Of a stretch of 34,304 nucleotides of DNA, positions 17,364-26,478 are shown one piece after another. The DNA comes from Candidatus Poribacteria bacterium (GTDB lineage: Bacteria > Poribacteria > WGA-4E > WGA-3G): positions 1 through 34,304 of the forward strand of contig CAXXUA010000014.1 in assembly GCA_963663765.2 (NCBI GenBank), written 5' to 3'. The notes under the pieces are model-generated. The model was given only the letters and a program-made list of their open reading frames with translations, was not told where the DNA came from and did no database searches. Position 1 is the first letter of the stretch, and each line of letters begins with the position of its first letter. The translations under genes were made by a program, and so were the position numbers.

Positions 17364-17849
17364 TTGACTCGTCGTAGTTTTTTCACAGCACTCGGTTGGG
17401 GTAGTTTCACGGCGGCACTTGGAACGTGTTTTGGTCCGGGTTTAGTGCGTTATTTGTATCCACGTGTATTGTATGAACCTTCGTCAGTATTTCAAGCGGG
17501 ATTTCCAGCAGAATATCCGCCGGGTAGTGTAAGCGAAAAATATAAGAAAGAGCCTTTTGGTGTATGGATTGTTCGGCGTCAGGATGGAGAGTTTTATGCG
17601 CTCCTGACAACCTGCACACATTTGGGGTGCACGCCGCGTTGGCTCTCTTCCGAAAATAAATTCAAATGTCCGTGCCACGGTAGCGGTTTCGACCGTGAGG
17701 GGATCAACTACGAAGGACCTGCTCCACGTCCACTTGAACGTGTGAAAATTACATTGGCGGAAGATGGACAACTTCAAATTGATAAGTCCGTCAAGTTTTT
17801 GGGTGAAAAAGGTCAATGGGTAGACCCTGGTGCATCTTTGAAAGTCTAA
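17364..17849 (+). CDS. qcrA: Rieske [2Fe-2S] subunit of a quinol:cytochrome c reductase
   Basis: It has the Tat signal TRRSFF, CTHLGC, CPCHGS and GPAPRPL. The start is TTG after GGGAG. Confidence 0.95.
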   Translation: MTRRSFFTALGWGSFTAALGTCFGPGLVRYLYPRVLYEPSSVFQAGFPAEYPPGSVSEKYKKEPFGVWIVRRQDGEFYALLTTCTHLGCTPRWLSSENKFKCPCHGSGFDREGINYEGPAPRPLERVKITLAEDGQLQIDKSVKFLGEKGQWVDPGASLKV

Positions 17850-17912
17850 CCTGAGGGGGTATCATTTGCGTCTGAGCTGATTCCGTGTATCTTCAGACAG
17901 AAAAAGGAAATA

Positions 17913-18686
17913 ATGAACGAAGAACGAAAAGGACTAAAAGAAAAGATTACGAATTCCGACATTTGGAAATCTATTTTCCGACACGGTTACGAAAAAACGG
18001 GTCGTCGTTATACACTGCAGGTATTGCAAAACGTATGGTTGCATTTGCATCCACCTCGTATTTCCCGCCACGCCTTAAACTTCCGATTCACATGGTGTAT
18101 GGGTGGTATCACCTTCCTGATGTTTCTTGTGACAGCCGTCACAGGTGTTCTGTTGATGTTTTACTACCGTCCGACAGCCGAATATGCCTTCGCTGACATA
18201 CAAGCACTTGAATTTGATATTCCGTTTGGTATGCTATTACGGAACATGCACCGGTGGGCAGCACACGGTATGGTTATATCTGTGATGCTCCACATGTTTA
18301 GGGTGTTCTTGACAGGTTCTTATAAGAAGCCTCGTGAGTTCAATTGGGCAGTTGGTGTTATTTTATTGCTCATCACATTTTTCCTGAGTTTTACAGGTTA
18401 TTTGCTTCCGTGGGATCAGTTGGCACTTTGGGCGGTTACAGTCGGGACGAACATGGCAAGTGCTACCCCAGCGTTAGGTAGTGAAGGTCCGTTTACCCCT
18501 ACAGATATTATCACACCAGCAAATGACGTTAGATTTGCCTTGCTTGCGGGAACTATTGTTGGACCGTCAACGTTGTTGCGGTTCTATATTTTGCATTGTG
18601 TTGCTGTTCCGTTGGTGGCAAGTGTGTTGATGGCACTACATTTTTGGCGTGTACGTAAAGATGGTGGCATATCTGGACCTCTTTAG
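17913..18686 (+). CDS. qcrB: Cytochrome b N-terminal subunit (b6-like)
   Basis: Motifs WCMGGIT, RNMHRWAAHGMVISVMLH, PREFNW, GYLLPWDQ, RFYILH-x14-HF and GGISGPL. Confidence 0.95.
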   Translation: MNEERKGLKEKITNSDIWKSIFRHGYEKTGRRYTLQVLQNVWLHLHPPRISRHALNFRFTWCMGGITFLMFLVTAVTGVLLMFYYRPTAEYAFADIQALEFDIPFGMLLRNMHRWAAHGMVISVMLHMFRVFLTGSYKKPREFNWAVGVILLLITFFLSFTGYLLPWDQLALWAVTVGTNMASATPALGSEGPFTPTDIITPANDVRFALLAGTIVGPSTLLRFYILHCVAVPLVASVLMALHFWRVRKDGGISGPL

Positions 18687-18790
18687 TGACAAGTTTTTCA
18701 TAAGAAATACAGCATTTATTCGGTTTTTTTCACAAGCCCCTTTGTAATGTTTTTGAAATTTTTTCGTTTTGAAGGAGATAGAAGTTAGGT

Positions 18791-19657
18791 ATGGAGTATT
18801 TTTTAGCACTTGTAACGAAACCTGATAATGTTCCAATTTTGGCAATTCTGTTTCTGATTCCGTTTTTTCTCTGGTTATCATACAGACAGGCGCGTCAAAC
18901 AGACCGCACAGGTGTCCCATCCGATGCGGAATTAAACGACAAGGTTTACGTTTGGCCCTATCTCTGTCGTAATGAGTTTATCTGTGCGATTATTATAATG
19001 TTAGTGCTGGGTGTATGGTCAATTATGATTGATGCCCCGCTTGAAGAACCGAGTGATCCTGCCAAGACACCGAATCCCTCTAAAGCTCCGTGGTATTTTC
19101 TTGCACTTCAAGAGATGTTGGTCTATTTTGACCCTTGGATTGCCGGTGTGGTATTGCCGGGGTTGATTATTGCGGGACTCATTGCTATTCCATATATTGA
19201 CATCAATCCTAAAGGTAAAGGTTATTATACCATCAAGGAACGTCCCTTTGCACTTGGGGTGTTCTGCTTCGGATTTATCATATTGTGGATTGTCTTGATG
19301 ATAGTCGGAACATTCTTAAGGGGTCCTGGGTGGAACATATTTATGCCGTGGGAGTATTGGGATCCGCACAAAGTTGTGCCGTTAACTAATGTGAACCTTT
19401 CAAGTTTGATTGGGATACGGGGTGAAACAACAGCGATTTTCTTTGGGATTGCGGTTATCGCAGGGTATTACGCTCTCGGTCCGATCTACTATTTTTGGAA
19501 ATGTAAAAGCAGCCGTTTTTTACAGGAGCTTGGGTTGATCAGGTATATCATCGTCTCATTTCTATTTTTGACTATGCTTGCGTTACCGATAAAAATGATA
19601 CTACGGCTTGGGTTGAATGTGAAATATATTTTAGAATCACGTTTGTTAAACATTTAA
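18791..19657 (+). CDS. Cytochrome b C-terminal subunit (subunit IV-like)
   Basis: It is a polytopic membrane protein with VWPYL, APLEEPSDPAKTPNPSKAPWYF and IPYID, located directly after qcrB. Confidence 0.88.
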   Translation: MEYFLALVTKPDNVPILAILFLIPFFLWLSYRQARQTDRTGVPSDAELNDKVYVWPYLCRNEFICAIIIMLVLGVWSIMIDAPLEEPSDPAKTPNPSKAPWYFLALQEMLVYFDPWIAGVVLPGLIIAGLIAIPYIDINPKGKGYYTIKERPFALGVFCFGFIILWIVLMIVGTFLRGPGWNIFMPWEYWDPHKVVPLTNVNLSSLIGIRGETTAIFFGIAVIAGYYALGPIYYFWKCKSSRFLQELGLIRYIIVSFLFLTMLALPIKMILRLGLNVKYILESRLLNI

Positions 19658-19720
19658 TACTTACAACTTGTGCTGAACTTTGTTTTAGATATTTTGCTTG
19701 ATATGGAGGTTTAACATTTC

Positions 19721-22700
19721 GTGAGGAACAAAAAAGAGATTCCCGTTGAAAATAAATCATATTCTGTTTTGTTCTTTATTCTGTCAGCACTGTTAGGGTT
19801 GGTGACGATATGGGGATTCTGGGATGAAATGATCACGCGCCGTCCTTGGAAGGAACATCAACAGCAGTTTTATCAATATGAATATGAAAAGACTATGACA
19901 GAATTAGAAAACGCAGAGAAAGACTTACCTGAAATGCCAACCGCTCCTGAGATTGATGAGAAAGCGTTGAGAAAATTGGAGAAAGAGGTTAATATAAAAA
20001 AGATGGCGTTAGATGATGCGATGCAAGCACGTAAGTTTGAGCAGAGCAAATCTGATGCGATCAACTATAAATATCAACATAGTCTACACGAAGCACATAG
20101 TGAAGAAACAGAAAAAGTACTAAAATGGAAAGAGAAATTAGACGACTATGAACAACGGATTGAAGGTGAACTCACTGATACGATCATAGCAGCTCAGAAT
20201 GAATATGCTGATGAAAATAAGACACTTGCCGATTTTTATAAAACGAACAACGACCCTGAAAATGCACTTTCTACCTACCTCATAGCACAAAAATATAAAC
20301 CAGACGATACTGCTATTGCTGAAAGGATTTCTGAAGTACAACAATCACTTGTTGCCCTTGAAGCGGTGAAAGCCGAGCATGCTAATGTGGATCGTATTAA
20401 AGAGAAATTAGCAGATGTTGGCGGCATCAAACGAAAATTCCTCGGCAGCCTATTAGAAAATCCATTTAAGCAGACACGGACTATCGTTCAACACTATCTG
20501 GAAGACTTTGATTATAAGGCGGATAGGTGTGAAACCTGCCATTTTGCAGTTGACAAGAGTGGTTACGATAGTGATGCACAAGAGACTTTTGAAATAGAAG
20601 GTGATGGTGAAGAGCTCGTAAAGTATCAACTCAAACATCCAAGGGTGAGACCTGGCAGTGAGACAATATATATTGATGGATTTGATGTAGAAGCAGAAGA
20701 GTATGAACTTTCGGAAGAAGGTCTGCTTACCTTTAATGATCCTGATGTTTTTGGTGATGTAGAAATTTCTTATGAAACCGATTACCATCGTGCCTTACGG
20801 ACTCACCCGCATCGTGAAGTTCTACTCGCAAAACACCCACTTGAAAAATTCGGATGTACACCTTGCCATGGTGGACAAGGACGCGGACTGACAGCAAAAT
20901 CTGCACACGCACTTACACATGCCGAATACTGGTTGACTCCTGTACTTGGGATGGATGCTGAAACAGGTAGAACATCTGAAGAGAAAAAAGGATATATGGA
21001 GTCTAATTGTCGACGTTGTCACGATGGTGTGATGAAGTTAGACTTCGGTGTAGACCCTGATACAAACGCTCCTATAGACTATGCGCCGCATCTTTCTAAA
21101 GGTTTGGCACTCTTTGAAGACCTCGGATGTCATGGTTGTCATGCAGTAGAGGGTTACAGTGCGTTGGATAATATCGCAAAGGTTGGTCCCGCGCTTGATA
21201 AGATTGGAAGCAAAGTGCAGGATACCGCATGGCTTGAAAGTTGGATAAAGGAACCCGAAGCATACCTACCAAATACAACAATGCCGAACTTCTTTCCAGC
21301 GGAAGGCATGAGCCAAATTGTCTACTTAAAGAATGGAGGACAACGTACGGGTGTTGTTACTGAAACTGAAACAAGTTACACTGTGAAGACAGACGATGGA
21401 ACAGAATTTCCTTATGCTAAGGATGATGTGTTACGTGTTGTTGACGAGGTAAAATCTATCGCTGCCTACCTTGCGAGGATGAACGACCAAACCATTGATG
21501 ATTCACAAGCCACATATTCTACATCTGAGAGTGCGATTAAAGCTGGTGAGGAGACGGTAAAAACTGTTGGATGTCTTTCCTGCCATACCGTAGGCGACTT
21601 AGGGAGTGATTTTGCACCAGCATTGGATAGTGTCGGCACAAAGGTCACCCCAAATTATCTTTATGGTTGGATTGCAAATCCGAGGTCTTATGATCCTGAT
21701 ACCACTATGCCAAGTTTGCGCTTGAGTGACACAGATCTTAACAATGTTGTCGCGTATCTCATGAATTTGCAAGAACCCACAACAACAGCTGTTTCCGATT
21801 CGGTAGGAGAAATAGATGTAGCAGAAGGGGAAAAACTTGTCAGAACTTATGGGTGTTTTGGTTGTCACGAAATACCGGGGTTTGAAAACGAATCGAAAGT
21901 TGGTGCGGATCTCGGTGAATTTGGCGCGAAACTTGCTGCGGAACTTGACTATGGTGACACTGTAGATATAGACCATCATTCTTGGCATGCTTGGACCATA
22001 GGAAAAATTACCAACCCACGTCGCTACCAAACGCGTCGGATTGTTTCTCGTATGCCAGTTTTCAATAATCTCAAGGATAGTGATGAGGATGCGAAAGCAC
22101 TTGCAGTTCTATTGAAGAGTTTTCAACCGGAAGCTTATCCACTCAGTTATACCTTTGATCATGCAGTTGAACCGAATAGGGTTGAGAAACAGAAACAAAT
22201 TGATGCTGGTAGACGTATTGTCAAGAAATATAACTGCACAGGATGTCATGTGATTGAAGGTGAAGGTGGCGCTTATACGGATGTGATCACCGCACATGAA
22301 GGTTTAGATGTAATCACGTCTAAGCAATTGTCTCCACCCCCCTTACAAGCGGAAGGTGCGCGAGTTTATCCTGATTGGTTGTTTAACTTCCTCAAAGATC
22401 CGTCAAAGGAGATACGTTATGGACTCAAGGTGCGCATGCCCACATTTGAGATGTCAGATGAAGAAGCAACGACACTTGTCAAATACTTCTATGCATTAGA
22501 TGATGAACCCTTCCCCTACGAGACACTACCAGAACCAGAAGCAACGCAAACGGAATTACGTGTTGGCAAACAGATTTTTGACGCCCTGAAATGCGACTCA
22601 TGTCATCCATCACAAGGCGAAACCATTCCTGCTAATAGTGACAAGGCAGGAAGACCTGACCTATCCTTAGCTAATGGCCGACTGAAACCGGATTGGTTGA

Positions 22701-22867
22701 TTGACTGGATGAAAGATCCACAAACATTCCAACGCGGTACTGCGATGCCACAAGCGTGGCCCCTTTCTGTAGATGGACAACATACACCTTATGGAGACTA
22801 TGCTGATAGGGATGCAGAAAAACAGATACGGTTGGTTCGTGACTATCTATTATCGTTAGGTAGATAG
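19721..22867 (+). CDS. Membrane-anchored octaheme cytochrome c (1048 aa)
   Basis: It has an N-terminal TM helix and a coiled region. The eight CxxCH motifs are CETCH, CTPCH, CRRCH, CHGCH, CLSCH, CFGCH, CTGCH and CDSCH. Confidence 0.93.
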   Translation: MRNKKEIPVENKSYSVLFFILSALLGLVTIWGFWDEMITRRPWKEHQQQFYQYEYEKTMTELENAEKDLPEMPTAPEIDEKALRKLEKEVNIKKMALDDAMQARKFEQSKSDAINYKYQHSLHEAHSEETEKVLKWKEKLDDYEQRIEGELTDTIIAAQNEYADENKTLADFYKTNNDPENALSTYLIAQKYKPDDTAIAERISEVQQSLVALEAVKAEHANVDRIKEKLADVGGIKRKFLGSLLENPFKQTRTIVQHYLEDFDYKADRCETCHFAVDKSGYDSDAQETFEIEGDGEELVKYQLKHPRVRPGSETIYIDGFDVEAEEYELSEEGLLTFNDPDVFGDVEISYETDYHRALRTHPHREVLLAKHPLEKFGCTPCHGGQGRGLTAKSAHALTHAEYWLTPVLGMDAETGRTSEEKKGYMESNCRRCHDGVMKLDFGVDPDTNAPIDYAPHLSKGLALFEDLGCHGCHAVEGYSALDNIAKVGPALDKIGSKVQDTAWLESWIKEPEAYLPNTTMPNFFPAEGMSQIVYLKNGGQRTGVVTETETSYTVKTDDGTEFPYAKDDVLRVVDEVKSIAAYLARMNDQTIDDSQATYSTSESAIKAGEETVKTVGCLSCHTVGDLGSDFAPALDSVGTKVTPNYLYGWIANPRSYDPDTTMPSLRLSDTDLNNVVAYLMNLQEPTTTAVSDSVGEIDVAEGEKLVRTYGCFGCHEIPGFENESKVGADLGEFGAKLAAELDYGDTVDIDHHSWHAWTIGKITNPRRYQTRRIVSRMPVFNNLKDSDEDAKALAVLLKSFQPEAYPLSYTFDHAVEPNRVEKQKQIDAGRRIVKKYNCTGCHVIEGEGGAYTDVITAHEGLDVITSKQLSPPPLQAEGARVYPDWLFNFLKDPSKEIRYGLKVRMPTFEMSDEEATTLVKYFYALDDEPFPYETLPEPEATQTELRVGKQIFDALKCDSCHPSQGETIPANSDKAGRPDLSLANGRLKPDWLIDWMKDPQTFQRGTAMPQAWPLSVDGQHTPYGDYADRDAEKQIRLVRDYLLSLGR

Positions 22868-22885
22868 GTGCGGATTGAATTCGTC

Positions 22886-23029
22886 CCATAGGCGTCAATT
22901 TAAGAAAATATTGTTGTCATTTTTCTTGTGAGAGGGTTTTTCAACCTTGATTTGAGAGGAAAAGCGCATAAATTCGGGGTTGAAAACCCCTCCCACAAGA
23001 GGTCAAAATCCTTAAATTGACGCTTATGG
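22886..23029. mobile_element. 144-bp MITE flanked by a perfect 17-bp direct repeat
   Basis: The ends are CCATAGGCGTCAATTTAAG and CTTAAATTGACGCTTATGG. TGCGGATTGAATTCGTC lies at 22869-22885 and 23030-23046. Confidence 0.92.
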
Positions 23030-23071
23030 TGCGGATTGAATTCGTCCCTACCCGGGGAGTATCCGTGCTAT

Positions 23072-23428
23072 ATGAAACATCTACTGATTGTCGTTGTGAT
23101 GATCTTTGTGTGGTTAAACGGGTTCATCTGGTTAGGTAAACAGGTTGATCCAAGCACAAAGCATCAAACAGAAGTTGAATATAACTATAAACGATACTGC
23201 TCTGGATGCCACGGCTATAGTGGTGCGGGTGATGGACGTATAGGTCGTTTCAAGAAATTAGCACCTGCTGACTTGACAGATAACGATTTGTGGACAATGC
23301 ATGACGATGCGAACCTACTTGAAAGCATCCGTGATGGCAAAAACGACATGCCTGCGTTCCACTACTACCTTAGCAGCGACGAACAGCAGGAACTGCTTGA
23401 TTATATAAGAGAAATGTTCAAGCCATAA
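23072..23428 (+). CDS. Small monoheme cytochrome c (class I)
   Basis: It has a hydrophobic N-terminus from ATG 23072 (the ORF track starts at 23036) and CSGCHG.SGAGDG...MPAF. Confidence 0.88.
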   Translation: MKHLLIVVVMIFVWLNGFIWLGKQVDPSTKHQTEVEYNYKRYCSGCHGYSGAGDGRIGRFKKLAPADLTDNDLWTMHDDANLLESIRDGKNDMPAFHYYLSSDEQQELLDYIREMFKP

Positions 23429-23464
23429 AACACACGGATATCCGTGATGTTTGTTTTTAACGGT

Positions 23465-23494
23465 TTGCCTTTTCAAAACTTAAGGTGTTAATAT
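23465..23494 (+). promoter_or_regulatory. Possible sigma70 promoter
   Basis: TTGCCT-18 nt-TAATAT with a TGn extension. A MITE sits immediately downstream. Confidence 0.4.
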
Positions 23495-23499
23495 AGATT

Positions 23500-23661
23500 A
23501 GGACTTACGCAGTTTTCATAATTTGATGAAGAATTATGAAAATGGTGTAATTTTCAGCATATTTTCGGTTTCCAGCGCGCTTACAAAGCACCAAATCAAG
23601 AAATCAACGGTATGAATGCCATTTAGGCATTCCCCGCCTACCGTTGGGTGCGTAAGTCCTG
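23500..23661. mobile_element. Long variant of the CAGGACTTACGCA MITE
   Basis: It runs AGGACTTACGCA...TGCGTAAGTCCTG with TAGATT on both sides. An extra segment of about 43 bp splits the REP core. Confidence 0.88.
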
Positions 23662-23693
23662 TAGATTAAAAGAATTAAATAAGGAGAAAAACC

Positions 23694-24461
23694 ATGAAAA
23701 ATTTGAAGACTATCATTGCGGCACTAATTTGTAGCACGTTAGCGGGTGTTGCATTAGCTGGAAATGTCACTGGTACGGTATCTTATGAAGGGGATGTACC
23801 TGCGCGGAATGCTTTGACAATTAGCACAGAGGAACAACACTGTATTACAGCCACAAAGGGTGCAAAATCTGAGGCGCTTGTTGTTTCAAAAGCAAAAGGC
23901 ATCCAAAATGTTGTTATTTCATTACGACTTCGTGGTGCCCAGGAACTCAAGATGCCTGAGAAACCGCTTGTTGTTGACCAAAAAGACTGTCGTTATTTGC
24001 CACATGTGATTGCGGTTCCCGTAGGTGCTACAGTAACGATTACATCTGCTGATCCTGTTGCACACAATGTACATTCACATGCACTGCAAAATGAAGCTCC
24101 GAACATCCAGATTCCGGAAAAAGGTGATGTCTACAAGTATAAGATCACCAAAGCGGAAGCGATCAAACTCACATGTGATATTCACGCATGGATGAGTGGT
24201 TATATCGTTGCTGTTAATAGCAACTTTTATACAGTTACGGGACAAAAGGATAAAGAAGACAAATGGATTCATCCTGATGATTATGAAAAGTCATCAGATA
24301 CCGGCAAATTTGCCTTTAAAAAGGTGCCAGAGGGCAGAGCACGTGTGATTGCTTGGCATGAAACACTCGGTTCAGCGAATAAAACGATTACTGTTCCTGC
24401 GGAAGGTGATATCTCTGTAGATTTCAAAAGTACTGATTTCAAAAAGCCTAAGGCAAAATAA
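23694..24461 (+). CDS. Secreted carboxypeptidase-regulatory-like/cupredoxin-like domain protein
   Basis: It has a signal peptide, DQKDCRYLPHV, HNVH, CDIHAWM and AWHE. It is a paralogue of 30631-31437. Confidence 0.8.
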   Translation: MKNLKTIIAALICSTLAGVALAGNVTGTVSYEGDVPARNALTISTEEQHCITATKGAKSEALVVSKAKGIQNVVISLRLRGAQELKMPEKPLVVDQKDCRYLPHVIAVPVGATVTITSADPVAHNVHSHALQNEAPNIQIPEKGDVYKYKITKAEAIKLTCDIHAWMSGYIVAVNSNFYTVTGQKDKEDKWIHPDDYEKSSDTGKFAFKKVPEGRARVIAWHETLGSANKTITVPAEGDISVDFKSTDFKKPKAK

Positions 24462-24481
24462 TAGTATCACCAATAATGTAA

Positions 24482-24518
24482 TGTATGTCAGGTTTGCCTT
24501 CAAGCAATTTGACATACA
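24482..24518 (+). terminator. Intergenic stem-loop
   Basis: The outer stem is TGTATGTCA...TGACATACA with an inner TTGC/GCAA pair. Confidence 0.4.
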
Positions 24519-24567
24519 ACCCACAATTTCAGGTTGAAAAAACACTACATTTGAGAGAACCCCTAAA

Positions 24568-26478
24568 ATGCGTTGTTGTTCTTCCCGGACGAAAAAGAGA
24601 ATAGTCCTTATATTTGGTTTTGTGCTGCTTGGATTTGTACTCTTTTCATTTGTACCAGCATTTGCACAGGATGTGACAGATGAAGACTACCGTCCATTCC
24701 CAATGATCGGCAGTAGAAATGCTGCATGGATTGCTGCACAATTGCACCTATTGTTCGGTTCGTTTATTTTAGGTGTGCCGATGTTCGCTGTTATCATTGA
24801 ATTCATTGGATGGAAAACCAAAGAGGAACGGTATGACCGAATGGCGCAAGAGTTCATCAAACTCTGTATGGGTGCATTTTCAACGACGGCATTACTCGGT
24901 GGTGTTCTTGTTTTTATTTTGATATGGTGCTATCCGAAGGTGATGAACAAAATGAGCGGTATCTTCGGACCGACGATGATCTTCTATGTCATTCTGTTCT
25001 TCGGAGAAACATTCACGTTGTATCTCTATTCCTACGGTTGGGATAAGATGCAGGGTCGCCATAAAGGATGGCATTTATTTTTGGGAGTGATGCTGAATGT
25101 ATGGGGTACAGCGATTATGTTTGTCTCAAACACATGGCTGACCTATCAGACAAGTCCTGCAACGCAATACGGCAAGTTATCAGACAAAGCAAAAGAAGGA
25201 TGGTTAGAACATACACTATCGCAGAATCCAGAGTTAACACGTGCTGAAGTCCTAAAAGATGTAACAGATACTACTGTCACCAATCTACATAACGAAACAA
25301 CGGGTGAGTTTCTGGGTACGGTCATGGATGCAGTTAACAATTTTACGTGGATGCCGGTCAATATCCACCGTCTCATCGGAAACATCGCCTTTGGTGGATC
25401 AATTGTTGCAGCTTATGCGGCATTTCGTTTTCTTGTTGCGAAAACGAAAGAGGAAAAAGCTCACTACGACTGGATGGGATACAACGGTAACTTTATTGCC
25501 TTGTGCGGTTTGATTCCACTACCTTTTGCTGGATATTGGTTAGGTAGAGAGATCTATATATTCAACAACACCATGGGTGTAAACATGATGGGAGCACTTT
25601 TCTCATGGTTGTTTATAATACAAGCGGTGATGATTGGTATTTTATTTATCGGAGCAAATTACTACCTATGGTCTGGTATGGGACGTATTGAGGGGGGAGA
25701 GAAATTTGCACGGTATCGTCCCTACATGATTGCTGTAATCGTGATATGTGTTGGTGTTTGGATGACACCCCGTACGCTTTCAAGTATTTCTACTGCATCA
25801 GAACAAACTGCAATGGGAGGTTCGAACCATCCACATCTGGGTTGGTTTGGACTCATGACTGCAAAAAATACAGTGGTTAATATTGTTATATTAACGACCT
25901 TTTTGAGTTTTCTGTTTTATAGACGTTCAGGTAAAACACCGACAGCAAACTGGAAAAAGATGGGGAATATCGTTATTTCAACAATATTATTTTTAGGTGT
26001 GGTTGTAATTGTCGTCATTGGTATTGCGGGTTTTTCAGTTGAATCCTCTGTTCGGGTAAATGTGCTGACACCTTGGCAGGTGCTGGTTGCGCTTGCTGTC
26101 ATGGTTGTCGTGACAATAATTGATATTTTTATGTACCGAAAAGCAACTTCATCAGGTACAATTAAATGGGGTGGTATGACAGAACGGTCACAGTATGTCC
26201 TGATACTCCTTGCGATCACTTTTACCTCTCTGATGGGTTTGATGGGATATGCGCGTTCCGGTCTTAGGCAGGGATGGCACATATTTGGGGTCATGAAAGA
26301 CACATCGGTTGATGCCTATACTCCTTCACTGAGCAGTGCTGTAAACATGGTTTCAGTCATTATGGTAATATTCTTTGCACTTGTTGGATTTATTTTCTGG
26401 CTTGGTTTATGGGGTGACAAGAAAAAGCAAAAGGCAGTTCCTATTGAAACAGAAGCACTTGTAGAAGGAAACGAATGA
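24568..26478 (+). CDS. Cytochrome bd-like oxidase subunit I (CydA superfamily, Nitrospira/OR-N-like)
   Basis: It is a polytopic membrane protein with AQLHLLFGSFILGVP, ETFTLYLYSYGWD, NIHRLIGNI and MGLMGYARSGLRQGW (in place of GRQPW). No cydB-like neighbour is present. Confidence 0.85.
   Translation: MRCCSSRTKKRIVLIFGFVLLGFVLFSFVPAFAQDVTDEDYRPFPMIGSRNAAWIAAQLHLLFGSFILGVPMFAVIIEFIGWKTKEERYDRMAQEFIKLCMGAFSTTALLGGVLVFILIWCYPKVMNKMSGIFGPTMIFYVILFFGETFTLYLYSYGWDKMQGRHKGWHLFLGVMLNVWGTAIMFVSNTWLTYQTSPATQYGKLSDKAKEGWLEHTLSQNPELTRAEVLKDVTDTTVTNLHNETTGEFLGTVMDAVNNFTWMPVNIHRLIGNIAFGGSIVAAYAAFRFLVAKTKEEKAHYDWMGYNGNFIALCGLIPLPFAGYWLGREIYIFNNTMGVNMMGALFSWLFIIQAVMIGILFIGANYYLWSGMGRIEGGEKFARYRPYMIAVIVICVGVWMTPRTLSSISTASEQTAMGGSNHPHLGWFGLMTAKNTVVNIVILTTFLSFLFYRRSGKTPTANWKKMGNIVISTILFLGVVVIVVIGIAGFSVESSVRVNVLTPWQVLVALAVMVVVTIIDIFMYRKATSSGTIKWGGMTERSQYVLILLAITFTSLMGLMGYARSGLRQGWHIFGVMKDTSVDAYTPSLSSAVNMVSVIMVIFFALVGFIFWLGLWGDKKKQKAVPIETEALVEGNE

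Noticed and set aside
24568-26478. Gene symbol cydA (canonical quinol oxidase)
   Set aside because: The GRQPW region diverges, there is no cydB, and the neighbours are cytochromes c. It is only a superfamily member.
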